Assembly (NCBI GenBank): GCA_965203445.1
Contig: OZ241883.1
Coordinates: forward strand, 704,001 to 768,000
Length of the DNA stretch: 64,000 nt
From: Candidatus Oxydemutator sp.
GTDB lineage: Bacteria > Pseudomonadota > Gammaproteobacteria > Poriferisulfidales > Oxydemutatoraceae
Direction: 5' to 3'
The translations under genes were made by a program, and so were the position numbers. The stretch's first letter is position 1. Each line of letters opens with the position of its first letter. Positions 22,801-29,495 of this stretch are shown piece by piece. The notes beneath the pieces are model-generated. The model searched no databases. It was given only the letters and a program-made list of their open reading frames with translations, and was not told where the DNA came from.

Positions 22801-23832
22801 GGCCACCAGATGGTAGCCCCCGGCAACGGACGGCACGTGGAACAGGAGGGCATTGTTCCCCATCCCCCCATTGTCGTCCTGCGCCAGCAGGGTACTCCCG
22901 TCCGGGTCGCGTAGCCCGAGAACGGGATCGGGAAGCGTGCCCTTTCCGGTGTCGGTCCCCTGCAATTCAAACCAGTAGCGCACCCCGGCTTCAAGGGTTA
23001 TATGAAACCAGTCCTCATCGTCCGAGGCGTCTATGCTACCGGTCGCGCTGCTTCCCACGGCGAGAGTCTCCGTCGGGATCAGCGCAGCCGACAAAGTGTA
23101 GGTTCCCGCCGCCCCTCCATTCCCGCTTGCCGAAGAGACGGCCACGTAATAAGTTTCGGTCCTAGTCGTCGAGCGGAACAAGCGGGCATTGTTCCCCACC
23201 CCGCCGCCCGTGTCTTCCGCCACGCGATTCCCATCCGAGTCGTAAAGCGCAACGGTAGGGGTGGAAAGCGTGCCTTTCCCGGTGTCGGCCCCCTCCAGAT
23301 CGAACCGATACAGTCCGGCTCCGAGGGTCGTGGCAAACCAATCCTCGTCGCCCGCAACCTCTATCTCGCCGACAACGCTTTCCCCTGCGGCAATCATCGC
23401 AGTGGTGTCGCGATCGTCGGGGAAATCATCGCCTACCGCAGCCGACATGGTAAAGGTGCCAAGGTTCACGGAGCTTCCAGGCGCGGCCTCGGCAGTCAGG
23501 TAGTGGAGTCCGGCACTGGCGGGTCTGTAGAACAGACGGGCGTTTCTTGCCTCGCCGCCGTCGTTGTCCGACGTTATGCCGCTCCCAGCCGAGTTGCGCA
23601 GCCCGAGAAAAGGATCGGGAAGCGTGCCTTTCCCGGTGTCGGCCCCCTCCAGGTCGAACTGATAGGGTACTCCGGCCTCAAGGGTTATGCGAAACCAGAG
23701 CTGCTGGCCGCTGCTTGCTATAGTGCCGGTCGCGCTGCCCCCTACGGCAATTGGCCCAATAATCTGCTGGGCGTGCGCCGGCGCCACGGCAATGACAAGA
23801 GACAGCCCCAATGACGATAACAGGCTACGCAT
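10894..23832 (-). CDS. Giant secreted repeat protein (~4312 aa): signal peptide, 3 PPC-like domains, 2 PKD-like domains, 7 GLUG-like/Calx-beta modules, extra Calx-beta, C-terminal dockerin/EF-hand-like domain
   Basis: ORF 10894..23874; likely start ATG 23832 (GAGGGG upstream), MRSLLSSLGLSLVIAVAPAHA/QQ. PPC-like DxDWFxxTLxAGxxYxFxLxG...DDxGG; PKD-like AHAGPDQDVSEGAVVTLDG. Seven LIxVATTSQLxAIR...YxAVFEGxGHVIxNL...VGGLIG...PWDFG..DYPVL modules. Confidence 0.9.
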   Translation of the reverse strand: MRSLLSSLGLSLVIAVAPAHAQQIIGPIAVGGSATGTIASSGQQLWFRITLEAGVPYQFDLEGADTGKGTLPDPFLGLRNSAGSGITSDNDGGEARNARLFYRPASAGLHYLTAEAAPGSSVNLGTFTMSAAVGDDFPDDRDTTAMIAAGESVVGEIEVAGDEDWFATTLGAGLYRFDLEGADTGKGTLSTPTVALYDSDGNRVAEDTGGGVGNNARLFRSTTRTETYYVAVSSASGNGGAAGTYTLSAALIPTETLAVGSSATGSIDASDDEDWFHITLEAGVRYWFELQGTDTGKGTLPDPVLGLRDPDGSTLLAQDDNGGMGNNALLFHVPSVAGGYHLVAAPAAGATGTYTLSAEEAVAPTAHAGPDQDVSEGAVVTLDGAASSPRNELLRYGWRQTGGATVALRDAAARSTTFLAPTQLVNDETLEFALVVTDVRGLSSPVERQLSGQTTNTVVITVRAGANDAPMADAGSDLIAGKGGVVTLRGGAVDPEGEDVTYRWRQTSGTVVVVTGATSETATFLAPQVVETLGFELTVADARGATGVDTMTVEVRDRMDYDVDDDTLIEVATTSQLAAIRHDLGGAGLAGVSSANEAAYRAYLAAFPLFGEIQTCPSTCTGYELSAGLNLSGLNWTPIGGAATTLGERLRNPYSAVFEGNGHVISNLTITRNDRRLYSMGLFGVVSDVGVIRNVGLRNARVSVGNNSLYIGALVGRNEGKVAASYVSGGSVSGDQAVGGLVGSNSGQVVASYADVEVIAGINTGGGLIGAGNAGSVVSASYSIGEKTGIKIGGLIGARAATAAIESSYFDGELSGQSSCCGTNPPSPDNAPKTSSDLFGPTTAAGTLYEGWDKLNVDGVDQRGDGDYNDDGPWDFGTSLDYPVLVFGGATETVAMRRTSQQEAQPEVSLAPTLAGSATVSEGEAASYVVSLPVVMPAGVSARWDWTVGGGEVGVADFVGTTGVVVIASGASSASFSVRVFDDDVAELSEVLVVTLTGARLAGAPARVSVGVPVSVRTTIEASDQMDYDADDDNLIEVATTSQLAAIRYDLGGAGLAGVSSANEAAYRAYRAAFPHYDEMETCPGTCAGYELSADLDLSSVNPAPGPGWTPLGGGVPRAVPGDAYTAVFEGNGHVIRNLRVARDGEWQIGLFGRVGAGGVIRNVGLHNARVEMGGDSLFIGALVGDNEGEVLASYVIGGRVSGNAGVGGLIGGHYAGRLVASYADVEVHADGANVGGLIGEAGGASVVSASYSVGRVTGIYPIGGLIGNRVAGAVVESSYFDRERSRQGGCCGSRASHQLRTPTTAVGTLYEGWDKLNVDRVDQGGDGDFNDDGPWDFGTAFDYPVLVFGGATDTESARRTLQQEAQPEVILAPTLTGSPTVSEGETASYQVSLPEALPAGVSATWNWSVGGEVGTDDFVGATTGDVVIASGAVSASFSLEVRDDTDAESFETMVVALSNARLAVAGVPARGVRLGVPAPVRTVIDPSDGVEKDYDVDGDTLIEVATTSQLAAIRHDLDGAGLAGVSSANEAAYRAYRKAFPFFDEASCPRACTGYELSADLDLSGIADWTPLGGGGTPVAYTAVFEGHGHVISNLRMSGGGVYGTGLFGIVGADGRIRNVGLRNAQVAVGHIYVGALVGRNRGKVAASYVSGGRISGSFRVGGLIGGNDGRLVASYADVEVHASIGQVGGLVGEASVASVVSASYSVGETTGGSRVGGLIGRRVASAGGGQFGVTIIAAVESSYFDKERSLRSSCCGTNAHGLDDVVAKTSSDLILPTTAMGTIYEGWDQLNVDDVDQGGDRDYNDDSPWDFGSAFDYPVLVFGGATDTEVARRTSQQQAQPEVSLTPTFAGSAGVSEGGTASYVVSLPEALPAGVTASWNWAVGGNQVSTDDFVGATSGSVVIASGASSASFSVRVRDDVITELSEVMVVALSDAILTGAPARVSLGVPLPVSTAISPSDGVGRDYDLDDDTLIEVATTSQLSAIRHDLGGAGLAGVSGDANRAVYLAAFPFFEQTQTCPGASCTGYELSADLDLSSIPDWTPIGGGGSDEIPNDDAFPQDYSDCIAQTGDVVDQTGHTRVCWVSEETPPVDYYYTAVFEGNGHVISNLRMDRDGRWWHMGLFGAVNANGIIRNVGLRNARVSLEDGGSSYIGALVGRNEGKVAASYVSGGRISGVFGVGGLIGGHYGSLVASYADVEVQADGRNVGGLVGEVAAASVVSASYSIGETAGGSRVGGLIGGYDIRPLLLNYADVLQSSYFDGQRSGQSSCCGRNPPSPDNTSRTSAELFSPTTAAFTIYEGWEQLNVDDVDQGDDGDLNDDAPWDFGTVFDYPVLVFAGATETMAMRRTSQQQAQGVILVPTLAGSETVSEGGTASYVVSLAGGGLPVATSRVCTTLGCVDMIMPQPLLPGVSAHWDWSVGGGEADAADFVGTTGSVVIPSGAVSASFSVAVRADGVSELSEVMVVTLSNARLTGVPAHVGLGVPLAVRTTIEASDQIDYDDDGDTLIEVATTSQLAAIRYDLGGVGIAGVSGDANRAAYLAAFPFFGDGQTCPSTCTGYELSNDLDLSDVEPAPGAGWTPIGGGVRLEDLPGDVYTAVFEGNGHVISNLRVVRSGRWFLVGLFGRVGADGRVRNVGLRNAQIDLGRDSESAGALVGTNGGKVAASYVSGGRISGGISVGGLIGINGGEVVASYADVEVHAGGANAGGLVGSDSSEGAVTASYSIGRPTGVSANGLIGSRVTGSVVESSYFDKERSGLSSCCGRNSPDPDHTPRLSAELLFPTTAAGTIYAGWDQLNVDDVDQGRDGDYNDDAPWDFGGVFDYPVLVFGGATETEAVRRTSQRQARPEVILTPTLAGSATGQEGGIASYVVRFSGALPAGVSASWNWSVGGGEVDADDFVGTTVGSVVIAAGAASASFVLRVRADGEIEMPEVMVVALSNARLAGAPQGVALGVPLPFRTTIEFNDGTDYDEDDDGLIEVATTSQLAAIRYDLGGAGIAGVSSANKSAYFAAFPLFGAPQTCPSTCTGYELSSDLDLSGLNWTPLGGDSGNPRRGPGLRDADYYSAVFEGNGHVISNLTMTRKGDSYYMGLFGAVSAGGVIRNVGLHNARVELAPFALGGGGDGGDHVGALVGRNEGKVAASYVIGGRVFGVETVGGLVGGNFGVVVASYADVEMYVESGPTGGGLIGGSAVGSVVSASYSVGATTGYIDPSNIARGIPSGLIGSKAIAAVVESSYFDTGRSGQSRCCGNSVPSPDNTPQTSNQLRAPTTAAGTIYAGWDQLNVDDVDQTGGDDLNDDAPWDFGTVFDYPVLVFGGATETMAMRRTSQQEAQPAVILAATLTGSVTVSEGEAASYVVSLPEALPTGASVRWDWVVGGDEVSIADFVGTTGVVVIGSGASSASFSVEVFDDTIPELSEVMVVTLSSAMPTGAPARARLGVPVSVRTTIEASDEIDYDDDNDGLIDVATTSQLAAIRYDLGGAGIAGVVGKANRLAYFAAFPVFDEKQTCPSTCTGYELSADLDLSSVEPAPGPGWTPIGGGGDSLLDNYYTAVFEGNGHVISNLRVARGGRLSHTGLFGAVSAVGTVRNVGLRNAWISLGDHSTNTGALVGRNEGKVVASYVSGGRISGVWAVGGLIGGNYGRLVASYADVEVHTAEGANAGGLVGEAGGASVVSASYSVGKPTGATAGGLIGNRMVGAVVESSYFDRERSGQSDCCGSNVPSPDNTSKTSNQLRAPTTATGTIYAGWSRLNVDGLDQGRDGDFNDDAPWDFGSVFDYPVLVFGGATDTQAARRTSQQQTQPEVDFAPTLTGSTVVAEGGTASYVVRLPGALPAGASARWSWAVGGEVDADDFVGTTAGSVVIAPGAASASFVLRVRADGVIEPPEVLAVTLSSARLTGAPADVRLGVPSTVARTTIAINDPITVAARSATVSEGTTATFTITLRGGGDRAVVVEYEITAVSEGLTHEDLATVNVEGRAASARSVGSLPFAGSVTLNETGTATIAVRVASDQLENEERERFRLRLTGCPNCVTHVAELGTPSFADVNVRDPRSILVDARVVLQGALLAETRRMRSDLAGLLPRRQPYGASPWNYPATTTVPHVGTAAGLAGVTSAIVDWVLVELRTGQSAAAAASSRPLAGGRATGLLLSDGRIAGINEAASVADASLLDGVRFELKPPEGEDLYVLIHHRNHLPVMSSAPVVAATGTDCEADYCVDFRVGQSHGDGQVEMGAGLHAMVAGDLDRNGVIDERDEALIRVYNLTSLGAVGYRAAAAAAHYTVDADLDFDGEVLSADRYFVIENKDRRRTISIQ
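12080..22160 (-). repeat. Seven intragenic ~1.4-1.6 kb GLUG-like/Calx-beta modules
   Basis: Module starts (DYDxDxDxLIxVATT) near 22150, 20750, 19350, 17930, 16330, 14920 and 13470. Confidence 0.9.
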
Positions 23833-24126
23833 GCCCCTCACGTAACTGCCGGGCGTTCGGTATCTTTTCCGCACTCATTGATTCCAGTGATGGCCAGTGT
23901 CGCCTCGCTGCACGGGCGGCGTCCGACTGCGGAATATACCACGAAAACGCCAGTTTCCTTATGAAATGCGGGAACTGGCCCTGCTCCGAAGGGAAAATAC
24001 TGTCATCGGACACTCTGCGCCACGTGCAACCCCAACGGGGCTTGTACAGGTGGACCGATGAAATGGGGTTTTTAGAGATTCCCTTATGACAGAGGAGGCA
24101 GCTCGACGTATAAAAAGAATCCCGAA

Positions 24127-24612
24127 CTATCGGTATGTTCGCAAGCTTACACTTTCGAAGTCGAAGGGCATTTGTCCTTTTTGGTCACGTTTAGACTCCC
24201 TTAGAATCGGCACAAGCGTGACCGACTGCAACGGGCCTTTGTCGCAAACACGTTTCAGCGATTGGGTGATGGGCACTACTATGCGCTGGCGGGTCAGCGG
24301 ATGCTGAGTCACCAGTGGCGCGCCAAGCATGGGTCGGGGCACGTCACAATGGCCGTCTCCGCCGAAGCAACCACCGTGGCCAAACACCGTGAATTTTCCC
24401 GCGTAGCCGGCGTCAGCGATGCATTTTGTATCGCAGTTCGCTTGCTTGTTGTTCAAGTAAATTCGCACTTCATAGGAAAGCGTGCCGTGGTCAACCCCCA
24501 TGAAGATCAAATCAGCACGAGAAAACCTCATCTCCCCATTTTCCGGCGATTTGAAGTTCAGATCCGCGTGGCGAACCTCGTTATTCACACCTGTCTTTTT
24601 TTGTGGTTCCAT
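24127..24612 (-). CDS. Tyrosinase-associated hypothetical protein (HGGCFGGDGHC motif)
   Basis: ORF 24127..24627; ATG 24612 follows GAGGAAGGG. RADLIFMGVDH..SYEVRIYLNN..GYAGKFTVFGHGGCFGGDGHC; directly downstream of the tyrosinase remnant; lower GC than flanks. Confidence 0.7.
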   Translation of the reverse strand: MEPQKKTGVNNEVRHADLNFKSPENGEMRFSRADLIFMGVDHGTLSYEVRIYLNNKQANCDTKCIADAGYAGKFTVFGHGGCFGGDGHCDVPRPMLGAPLVTQHPLTRQRIVVPITQSLKRVCDKGPLQSVTLVPILRESKRDQKGQMPFDFESVSLRTYR

Positions 24613-24623
24613 ATAACCCTTCC

Positions 24624-24817
24624 TCACTGAACGACTTGAATGGCGTACTCATAGCCGAGTCTAGCAATATCGAGTGTTTGGGCAACCGTCATGGGAAACG
24701 GCGACAATACAGTGTCCAACATATGGTCCGGGGGATTCTGGCCATGCTCACTGTTCTGCCACAGATACCAGAGGCGGTCTATCATAGAGTGATGAGACCA
24801 GAAAATCGGATCAAAGG
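24624..24817 (-). pseudogene. 5'-truncated tyrosinase (type-3 copper protein) C-terminal remnant
   Basis: FDPIFWSHHSMIDRLWYLWQ is the CuB signature, followed by ...LSPFPMTVAQTLDIARLGYEY. Similarity ends at the mpl stop codon; no CuA region. Confidence 0.8.
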
Positions 24818-26194
24818 TTATTCGCAAAAAACCGCCCGCAACTTTTCGCGCAACGTTGCGTGCACGCCGCCGAAGTCTCCGTTGGACATTACCACCACGT
24901 GATCTCCTTCGGCGGCCTCGGCGATCACCGCCGCGACCAGTTCCTCTATTTCCTCGTGCACCGACCAGTGCGGTTCGGTGCGTGCGAGCGTCTTCTCGGG
25001 CGACCATTCCAGGTCCTTCGGGCGGTAGAAGAACAGGCGGTCGGCGGCGGCGAATGACGCGCCCAGGTCGTCGTTGTGGCGACCGGCCCTCATCGTGTTC
25101 GAGCGCGGCTCGAAGACCGCGAGCACGCGGCCCGGCGCTTCGGTGCGCTCGCGCACCGCGGCCAGGCTCGCGCGGATCTCGGTCGGGTGGTGGGCGAAGT
25201 CGTCGTACAGCGTGACGCCGCCGATCTCGGCTATGACCTCGAGACGCCGGCGCACGCCGCCGAACGATTCAAGCGCCTCCAGCGAGGCGGCGACCGGCAC
25301 GCCGACGCGGTAGGCGGCGGCCACGGCGCCGACCGCGTTGACGACGTTGTGGACGCCGGGCAGCGACCAGTTGCAGACGCCGGCGTGTTGCCCCAGGTGG
25401 CGCACCGCAAAACCGCCGCCGTCGGTCGCGCGTCCCTGCCAGTCGGCGGCCTCGTCGTCGAGGCCGAAGGTCTGCAACTCCGACCACAGCCCGCGCGCCA
25501 GCACCGAGCGCAGACGTTCGTCGCCGGCGCGGGTCACCACCAGAGCGCTCGCGGGCAGCGTCCGCAGCAGGTGGTGAAATTGCGTCTTGATGTTTTCGAG
25601 GTTATCGAAGACGTCGGCGTGGTCGTATTCGAGGTTGTTCAGCACCAACACGCGCGGGCGGTAATGCAGGAACTTCGAGCGCTTGTCGAAAAACGCGGTA
25701 TCGTATTCGTCGCCCTCGATCACGAACGAGTCGGACTGGCCGACGCGCGCCGAGACGTCGAAATCGGCCGGGGCGCCGCCAATCAAAAACCCCGGCGCCA
25801 TGCCCGCAAACTCGAGGATCCAGGCGAGCATCGCGCTGACGGTGGTCTTGCCGTGGGTGCCGGCGACGCACAGCACGCGGCGCTCGCACAGCACCTCCTC
25901 GGACAGCCACTGCGGGCCGGATACCAGCGGCGCGCCGCGTTCGAGCAGCGCCTCGACCAGTTCGTCGCCGCGCGCCAGCGCGTTGCCGACGACGTAGCGG
26001 TCGTAACCGGCGGCGGCGGCGGCGCGACAGCCGGTGTCGAACGTGATCCCGAACCTCGCCAGCTGCTCGCTCATCGGCGGCCACGCGCCGCGGTCGCAAC
26101 CGCCGACGTCGTGGCCGAGTTCGCGCGCGATGCACGCAAGCCCGGCCATGAAGGTGCCGCAGATGCCGAGCACGTAGACGCTGCGCTCAGGCAT
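24818..26194 (-). CDS. mpl: UDP-MurNAc:L-Ala-gamma-D-Glu-meso-DAP ligase (murein peptide ligase)
   Basis: LGICGTFMAGLA, AGTHGKTT, EGDEYDTAFFDKRSKF, NNLEYDHAD, DDFAHHPT, FEPRSNTM, MSNGDFGG. Confidence 0.95.
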   Translation of the reverse strand: MPERSVYVLGICGTFMAGLACIARELGHDVGGCDRGAWPPMSEQLARFGITFDTGCRAAAAAGYDRYVVGNALARGDELVEALLERGAPLVSGPQWLSEEVLCERRVLCVAGTHGKTTVSAMLAWILEFAGMAPGFLIGGAPADFDVSARVGQSDSFVIEGDEYDTAFFDKRSKFLHYRPRVLVLNNLEYDHADVFDNLENIKTQFHHLLRTLPASALVVTRAGDERLRSVLARGLWSELQTFGLDDEAADWQGRATDGGGFAVRHLGQHAGVCNWSLPGVHNVVNAVGAVAAAYRVGVPVAASLEALESFGGVRRRLEVIAEIGGVTLYDDFAHHPTEIRASLAAVRERTEAPGRVLAVFEPRSNTMRAGRHNDDLGASFAAADRLFFYRPKDLEWSPEKTLARTEPHWSVHEEIEELVAAVIAEAAEGDHVVVMSNGDFGGVHATLREKLRAVFCE

Positions 26195-26720
26195 GAATCG
26201 CAAGCGACAGCACCAGGCTGCCCGCCATGTAGAGCAGCGCGAGACCGACGGCGAACGCGGTGCGCACCTCCAACGCGTGGCGCAGTATGTGGCCGATGAC
26301 GCGCACGATCCAGATGAACACGGCCAGATAGACCAGCGCCAGCATCGCGCCCGGCGGCGCCCCGGCGCCCGCCTGCCCGCCGCTGCCGAAACCCAGCTGC
26401 ACCGCGAAATAATTCAGCGGTATCAGAATCGCGTTGAACAACGCGGCGCTGCCGGTCATCGCAGTCGCCGACTGCACGAAGCGCTCCGGGAAACGAAACA
26501 ACGCGAGCACGGTATAGAAAAACACCAGCAGAAACGCCAGTTCCGCGGCGACGTCCAACCACACGCGATCGGAGACGCCGGCCACTTGCGCGGACACCGC
26601 GCCGCTGACCGCAAGCAGCGCGCAAAAGGACGCGAGCAGGCGCGGCGATACCGGAAAATCCTGCGGCGCGGCGCGCAACAGCAGCAGCGACCACGCCAGG
26701 CGTATCTGCTCCGTCATCAC
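26187..26720 (-). CDS. Hypothetical integral membrane protein
   Basis: LLLRAAPQDFP N-terminus, about 5 hydrophobic helices, GHILRHALE; overlaps the mpl start as in an operon. Confidence 0.75.
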   Translation of the reverse strand: MMTEQIRLAWSLLLLRAAPQDFPVSPRLLASFCALLAVSGAVSAQVAGVSDRVWLDVAAELAFLLVFFYTVLALFRFPERFVQSATAMTGSAALFNAILIPLNYFAVQLGFGSGGQAGAGAPPGAMLALVYLAVFIWIVRVIGHILRHALEVRTAFAVGLALLYMAGSLVLSLAIHA

Positions 26721-26776
26721 CAGACGCCCGGCCGCGGTGCCGGAGCGGCGGCGTCGCGGCGCGTCGTCACGCGCGT

Positions 26777-27580
26777 TCAGCCGCGCGTGAACACCCAGTC
26801 CGTTTCATCGGAGAGGCGCGCGTCGAACGCATAGCCGCCCTCGCAAAAGCGCTTGATCGCGGCGACGTCGCGGACGCGGTTTTTGACGATCCACGAGGCC
26901 ATCATGCCGCGCGAGCGTTTTGCGGTGAACGAGATGACCTTGTAGCGGCCGTTCTTTTTCTCCTTGAATACCGGCGTGACGACGCGCGCCTTGAGGCGTC
27001 GCGGCCGGATCGCGCGGAAATACTCGTTCGACGCGAGGTTCACCAGCACCGCTTCGCCGCGCCCGAAATCGCCGTTCAACTGCTCGGTAATTTTGTCGCC
27101 CCAGAAGTCGTAGAGGCTGACGCCCGGCTTTCCGGCGGCGCGCGCGCGACCAGCGGCGGCGCCGTCAGGTAGCTTCACGCCCATCTCCAGGCGGTACGGC
27201 TGAATCAGGTCGAGCGGTTTCAACACGCCGTAGAGACCGGACAGCACGCGCACGTGGCGCTGCGCGAAATCGAGGTCGGCGGCACCGAACGATTCGGCGG
27301 CCAACCCCAGATAAACGTCGCCGCGAAAAGCGAGCAGCGCCTGCTTGGCGTTGCCCGGCGTGAACGGTTTTTTCCACTCGCGGTAGCGCGCGACGTTCAA
27401 GTCCGCGACCTTCTGGCTGACGCCCATCATGCGTTGCAAGTCGGCCGCCGACAATTTTTTCATCCGCCCGACCAACTTCTGGGCGTCGTCCAAAAACGCC
27501 GGCTGCGTATGCTTGCGCACGCCGGCGGCCTCGAAGTCCAGGCGTTTCGACGGCGACAACACGATTATCAGAAAACTCAT
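26777..27580 (-). CDS. yaaA: Peroxide stress protein YaaA (DUF328)
   Basis: LSPSKRLD, AFRGDVY, VLSGLYGVLKPLDLIQPYRLEMG, NLASNEY, AKRSRGMM. Confidence 0.95.
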   Translation of the reverse strand: MSFLIIVLSPSKRLDFEAAGVRKHTQPAFLDDAQKLVGRMKKLSAADLQRMMGVSQKVADLNVARYREWKKPFTPGNAKQALLAFRGDVYLGLAAESFGAADLDFAQRHVRVLSGLYGVLKPLDLIQPYRLEMGVKLPDGAAAGRARAAGKPGVSLYDFWGDKITEQLNGDFGRGEAVLVNLASNEYFRAIRPRRLKARVVTPVFKEKKNGRYKVISFTAKRSRGMMASWIVKNRVRDVAAIKRFCEGGYAFDARLSDETDWVFTRG

Positions 27581-27586
27581 GCGACA

Positions 27587-27592
27587 ATTATA
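27587..27592 (-). promoter_or_regulatory. -10 box (TATAAT) 6 nt upstream of yaaA ATG, probable leaderless promoter
   Basis: Minus strand TATAAT-tgtcgc-ATG; no SD. Confidence 0.6.
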
Positions 27593-27687
27593 TAGGCAAC
27601 CTGCCCCCGATCCCGATGGTGCATTTTTGTATAATTCCCCTATAAAAGCAACATATATCCGTGAACCTGTTGTTCTGATACATAGAA

Positions 27688-27713
27688 AAGGGAGTGTCCT
27701 AGAACACTCCCTT
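27688..27713 (-). terminator. Intrinsic terminator hairpin downstream of the 94-aa ORF
   Basis: aagggagtgt-cctaga-acactccctt is a perfect 10-bp stem; it runs into TTTT on the minus strand. Confidence 0.65.
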
Positions 27714-27735
27714 GATTAGGCTTTCTTTATGATAG

Positions 27736-28020
27736 TTAGTTACGTAGTTTTTCTATCTTACCTAACTTTTTGTTTATTTCTCTGAATTGGAGACTAGTAT
27801 TATCTCTATCTGTGTCAACTGCCTTCCTCAAAGAAACCAGTTCCTCATTCGTTTCTCCTACTAAAGACACAAGACTATCATGGTCATCTTTTGTAGGGAG
27901 GTTTTGGACCGCCTCTGTGATAACGTCCCTGAAAGCTTGAGCAAGTACATCAACGCTTCCATTAAGCTTTTTCTTCCCGTCAGGTTTTCTCCTTACTGAT
28001 TGTTTTTTCTTTGTTGCCAT
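27736..28020 (-). CDS. Small AT-rich coiled-coil hypothetical protein (94 aa)
   Basis: ATG preceded by AGGA, own terminator, Lys-rich N-terminus, LPTKDD then heptad pattern; strongly AT-rich island. Confidence 0.7.
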   Translation of the reverse strand: MATKKKQSVRRKPDGKKKLNGSVDVLAQAFRDVITEAVQNLPTKDDHDSLVSLVGETNEELVSLRKAVDTDRDNTSLQFREINKKLGKIEKLRN

Positions 28021-28151
28021 TTTCCTGTTAAAAAGTTTGTTGTTTTCCGCCTTTTAATAGGCGGAACCGGCATAATATACCAACTGGTGGTTTTAAGCAA
28101 AAAAGAATGGATTTTCTTTATAATTTCAACCCGCTCAATAAAAGCAGCCGG

Positions 28152-29495
28152 CTATTTGCCGGCCACCGTCATCTCGGAAAGCAGCAGCGAACCGCAGCGG
28201 ATGCGGCCTCTTTCGTCCATATCGTCGCCGGTCTTTACGACGGCCGCGAACATGTCCTTCAGGTTGCCGGCCACGGTGATCTCCTCGACCGGGTGGGCGA
28301 ACGCGCCGTTCTCGACCCAGAAGCCGGCGGCGCCCTGCGAGTAGTCGCCGGTCACCGGGTTGACGCCGGAACCGATCAGTTCGGTCACGACCAAGCCGGT
28401 TCCCATGTCCGCCGCAAGCTCGTCGAAATCGCCGCCGCTGCCGCGCACCGTCAGGTTTCTGACGCCGCCGGCGTTGCCCGTCGTGCGCAGACCGAGGCGC
28501 CGTGCCGAGTAACCGTCGAGCACGTAGCTTTCGAGCACGCCGCGCCGTACAAGCGCGTGCGCGCGGGTGGCGACGCCGTCGAGGTCGAACGGCGCGCTCG
28601 CAAGCCCGCCCTCGATGCGCGGCTCCTCGTCCACGTCCACCGATTGCGGAAAGATCGCCCGTCCCAGCGAGTCCGGCAAAAACGTAGTCTTGCGATAGAG
28701 CGCCGGGCCGCTGACCGCGCCGACGAAACACGCGAACAACGTGCGCGCCATTTCCGGCGTGAACAGCACCGGCGTCTTGCAGCTCTTGATCTTGCGTGCG
28801 CCGAGGCGCCGCGCCGCGCGCACGGCGGCGCGCCGGCCCACCTGCTGCGGCGTCTGTAGCCGCCGCGGACAGCGGTTGACGCTGAACCAGCCGTCGCGCT
28901 GCATCTGCCCGTCGCGTCCGGCGACGACTATGCAGCTCAGGTCGTGGCGGGTGCCGGCGTAGGCGCCGGCGAAGCCGTGGCTGTTGCCGTAACAGTAGAG
29001 CGAGCGCATCGTGCTGACGCCGGCGCCTTCCGAGTTGACTATCTCGGGCACCGCGCGCGCCGCGTCCTCGCATTCGACGGCGAGCGCAATCGCATCGCGC
29101 ACGTCCACCGACCACGGGCGGTCGAGGTCGAGATCAACCGGCGCCGGCAGCATGTCGCCGGCGTCGGCGAGACCGGCGCAATCGTCCTCGCCGACCTCGC
29201 GCGCCGTGGCGCAAGCCGAGCGCACCATTTCAGAGACCGCGGCTTCGCGCAGATCGGACGACGAGGCCGCGCTCTTGCGGTTGCCGAAATACACCGTGCA
29301 CGTGATGTCCCGGTCGTTCTCGTGCTCGAGCGTCTCGACCTCACCCATGCGCACGCTCACGGAAAACCCGCAGCCGCGCCCGACCGCCGCTTCGGCGGCG
29401 CTCGCGCCGGCGCGCCTGGCTTCATCCAGCACGCACTCGATCAGCGCCAGCGCGCTTTGCTCGGCCGCCGCGACGTCGAGGTCGCGCGCGCTCAA
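28152..29495 (-). CDS. pmbA: Metalloprotease PmbA/TldE
   Basis: [56 protein letters not shown]; TTG start overlaps the tldD stop. Confidence 0.93.
   Translation of the reverse strand: MSARDLDVAAAEQSALALIECVLDEARRAGASAAEAAVGRGCGFSVSVRMGEVETLEHENDRDITCTVYFGNRKSAASSSDLREAAVSEMVRSACATAREVGEDDCAGLADAGDMLPAPVDLDLDRPWSVDVRDAIALAVECEDAARAVPEIVNSEGAGVSTMRSLYCYGNSHGFAGAYAGTRHDLSCIVVAGRDGQMQRDGWFSVNRCPRRLQTPQQVGRRAAVRAARRLGARKIKSCKTPVLFTPEMARTLFACFVGAVSGPALYRKTTFLPDSLGRAIFPQSVDVDEEPRIEGGLASAPFDLDGVATRAHALVRRGVLESYVLDGYSARRLGLRTTGNAGGVRNLTVRGSGGDFDELAADMGTGLVVTELIGSGVNPVTGDYSQGAAGFWVENGAFAHPVEEITVAGNLKDMFAAVVKTGDDMDERGRIRCGSLLLSEMTVAGK

Noticed and set aside
371-23814. Many repeated plus-strand ORFs (MHFHVGVTRH..., 100-660 aa)
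   Set aside because: Antisense shadows of the GC-rich giant minus-strand genes; Arg/His-rich with no domain signatures.
1-23832. Diversity-generating retroelement as the source of the variable loops
   Set aside because: No reverse transcriptase or non-coding template repeat in the window. Differences involve all bases and indels (e.g. CTG/GAG, CAG/CAT), not adenine-only changes. An RT elsewhere cannot be excluded.
24066-24086. ggtttttagagattccctta as a possible IS5-like end, with a weak counterpart near 24816-24833
   Set aside because: Similarity is short and degenerate; no transposase or TSD.
24818-25007. N-terminal extension of the 127-aa ORF as a real tyrosinase start
   Set aside because: It is an alternative frame of mpl with Arg/Gly-rich composition; only 24624-24817 is tyrosinase-like.
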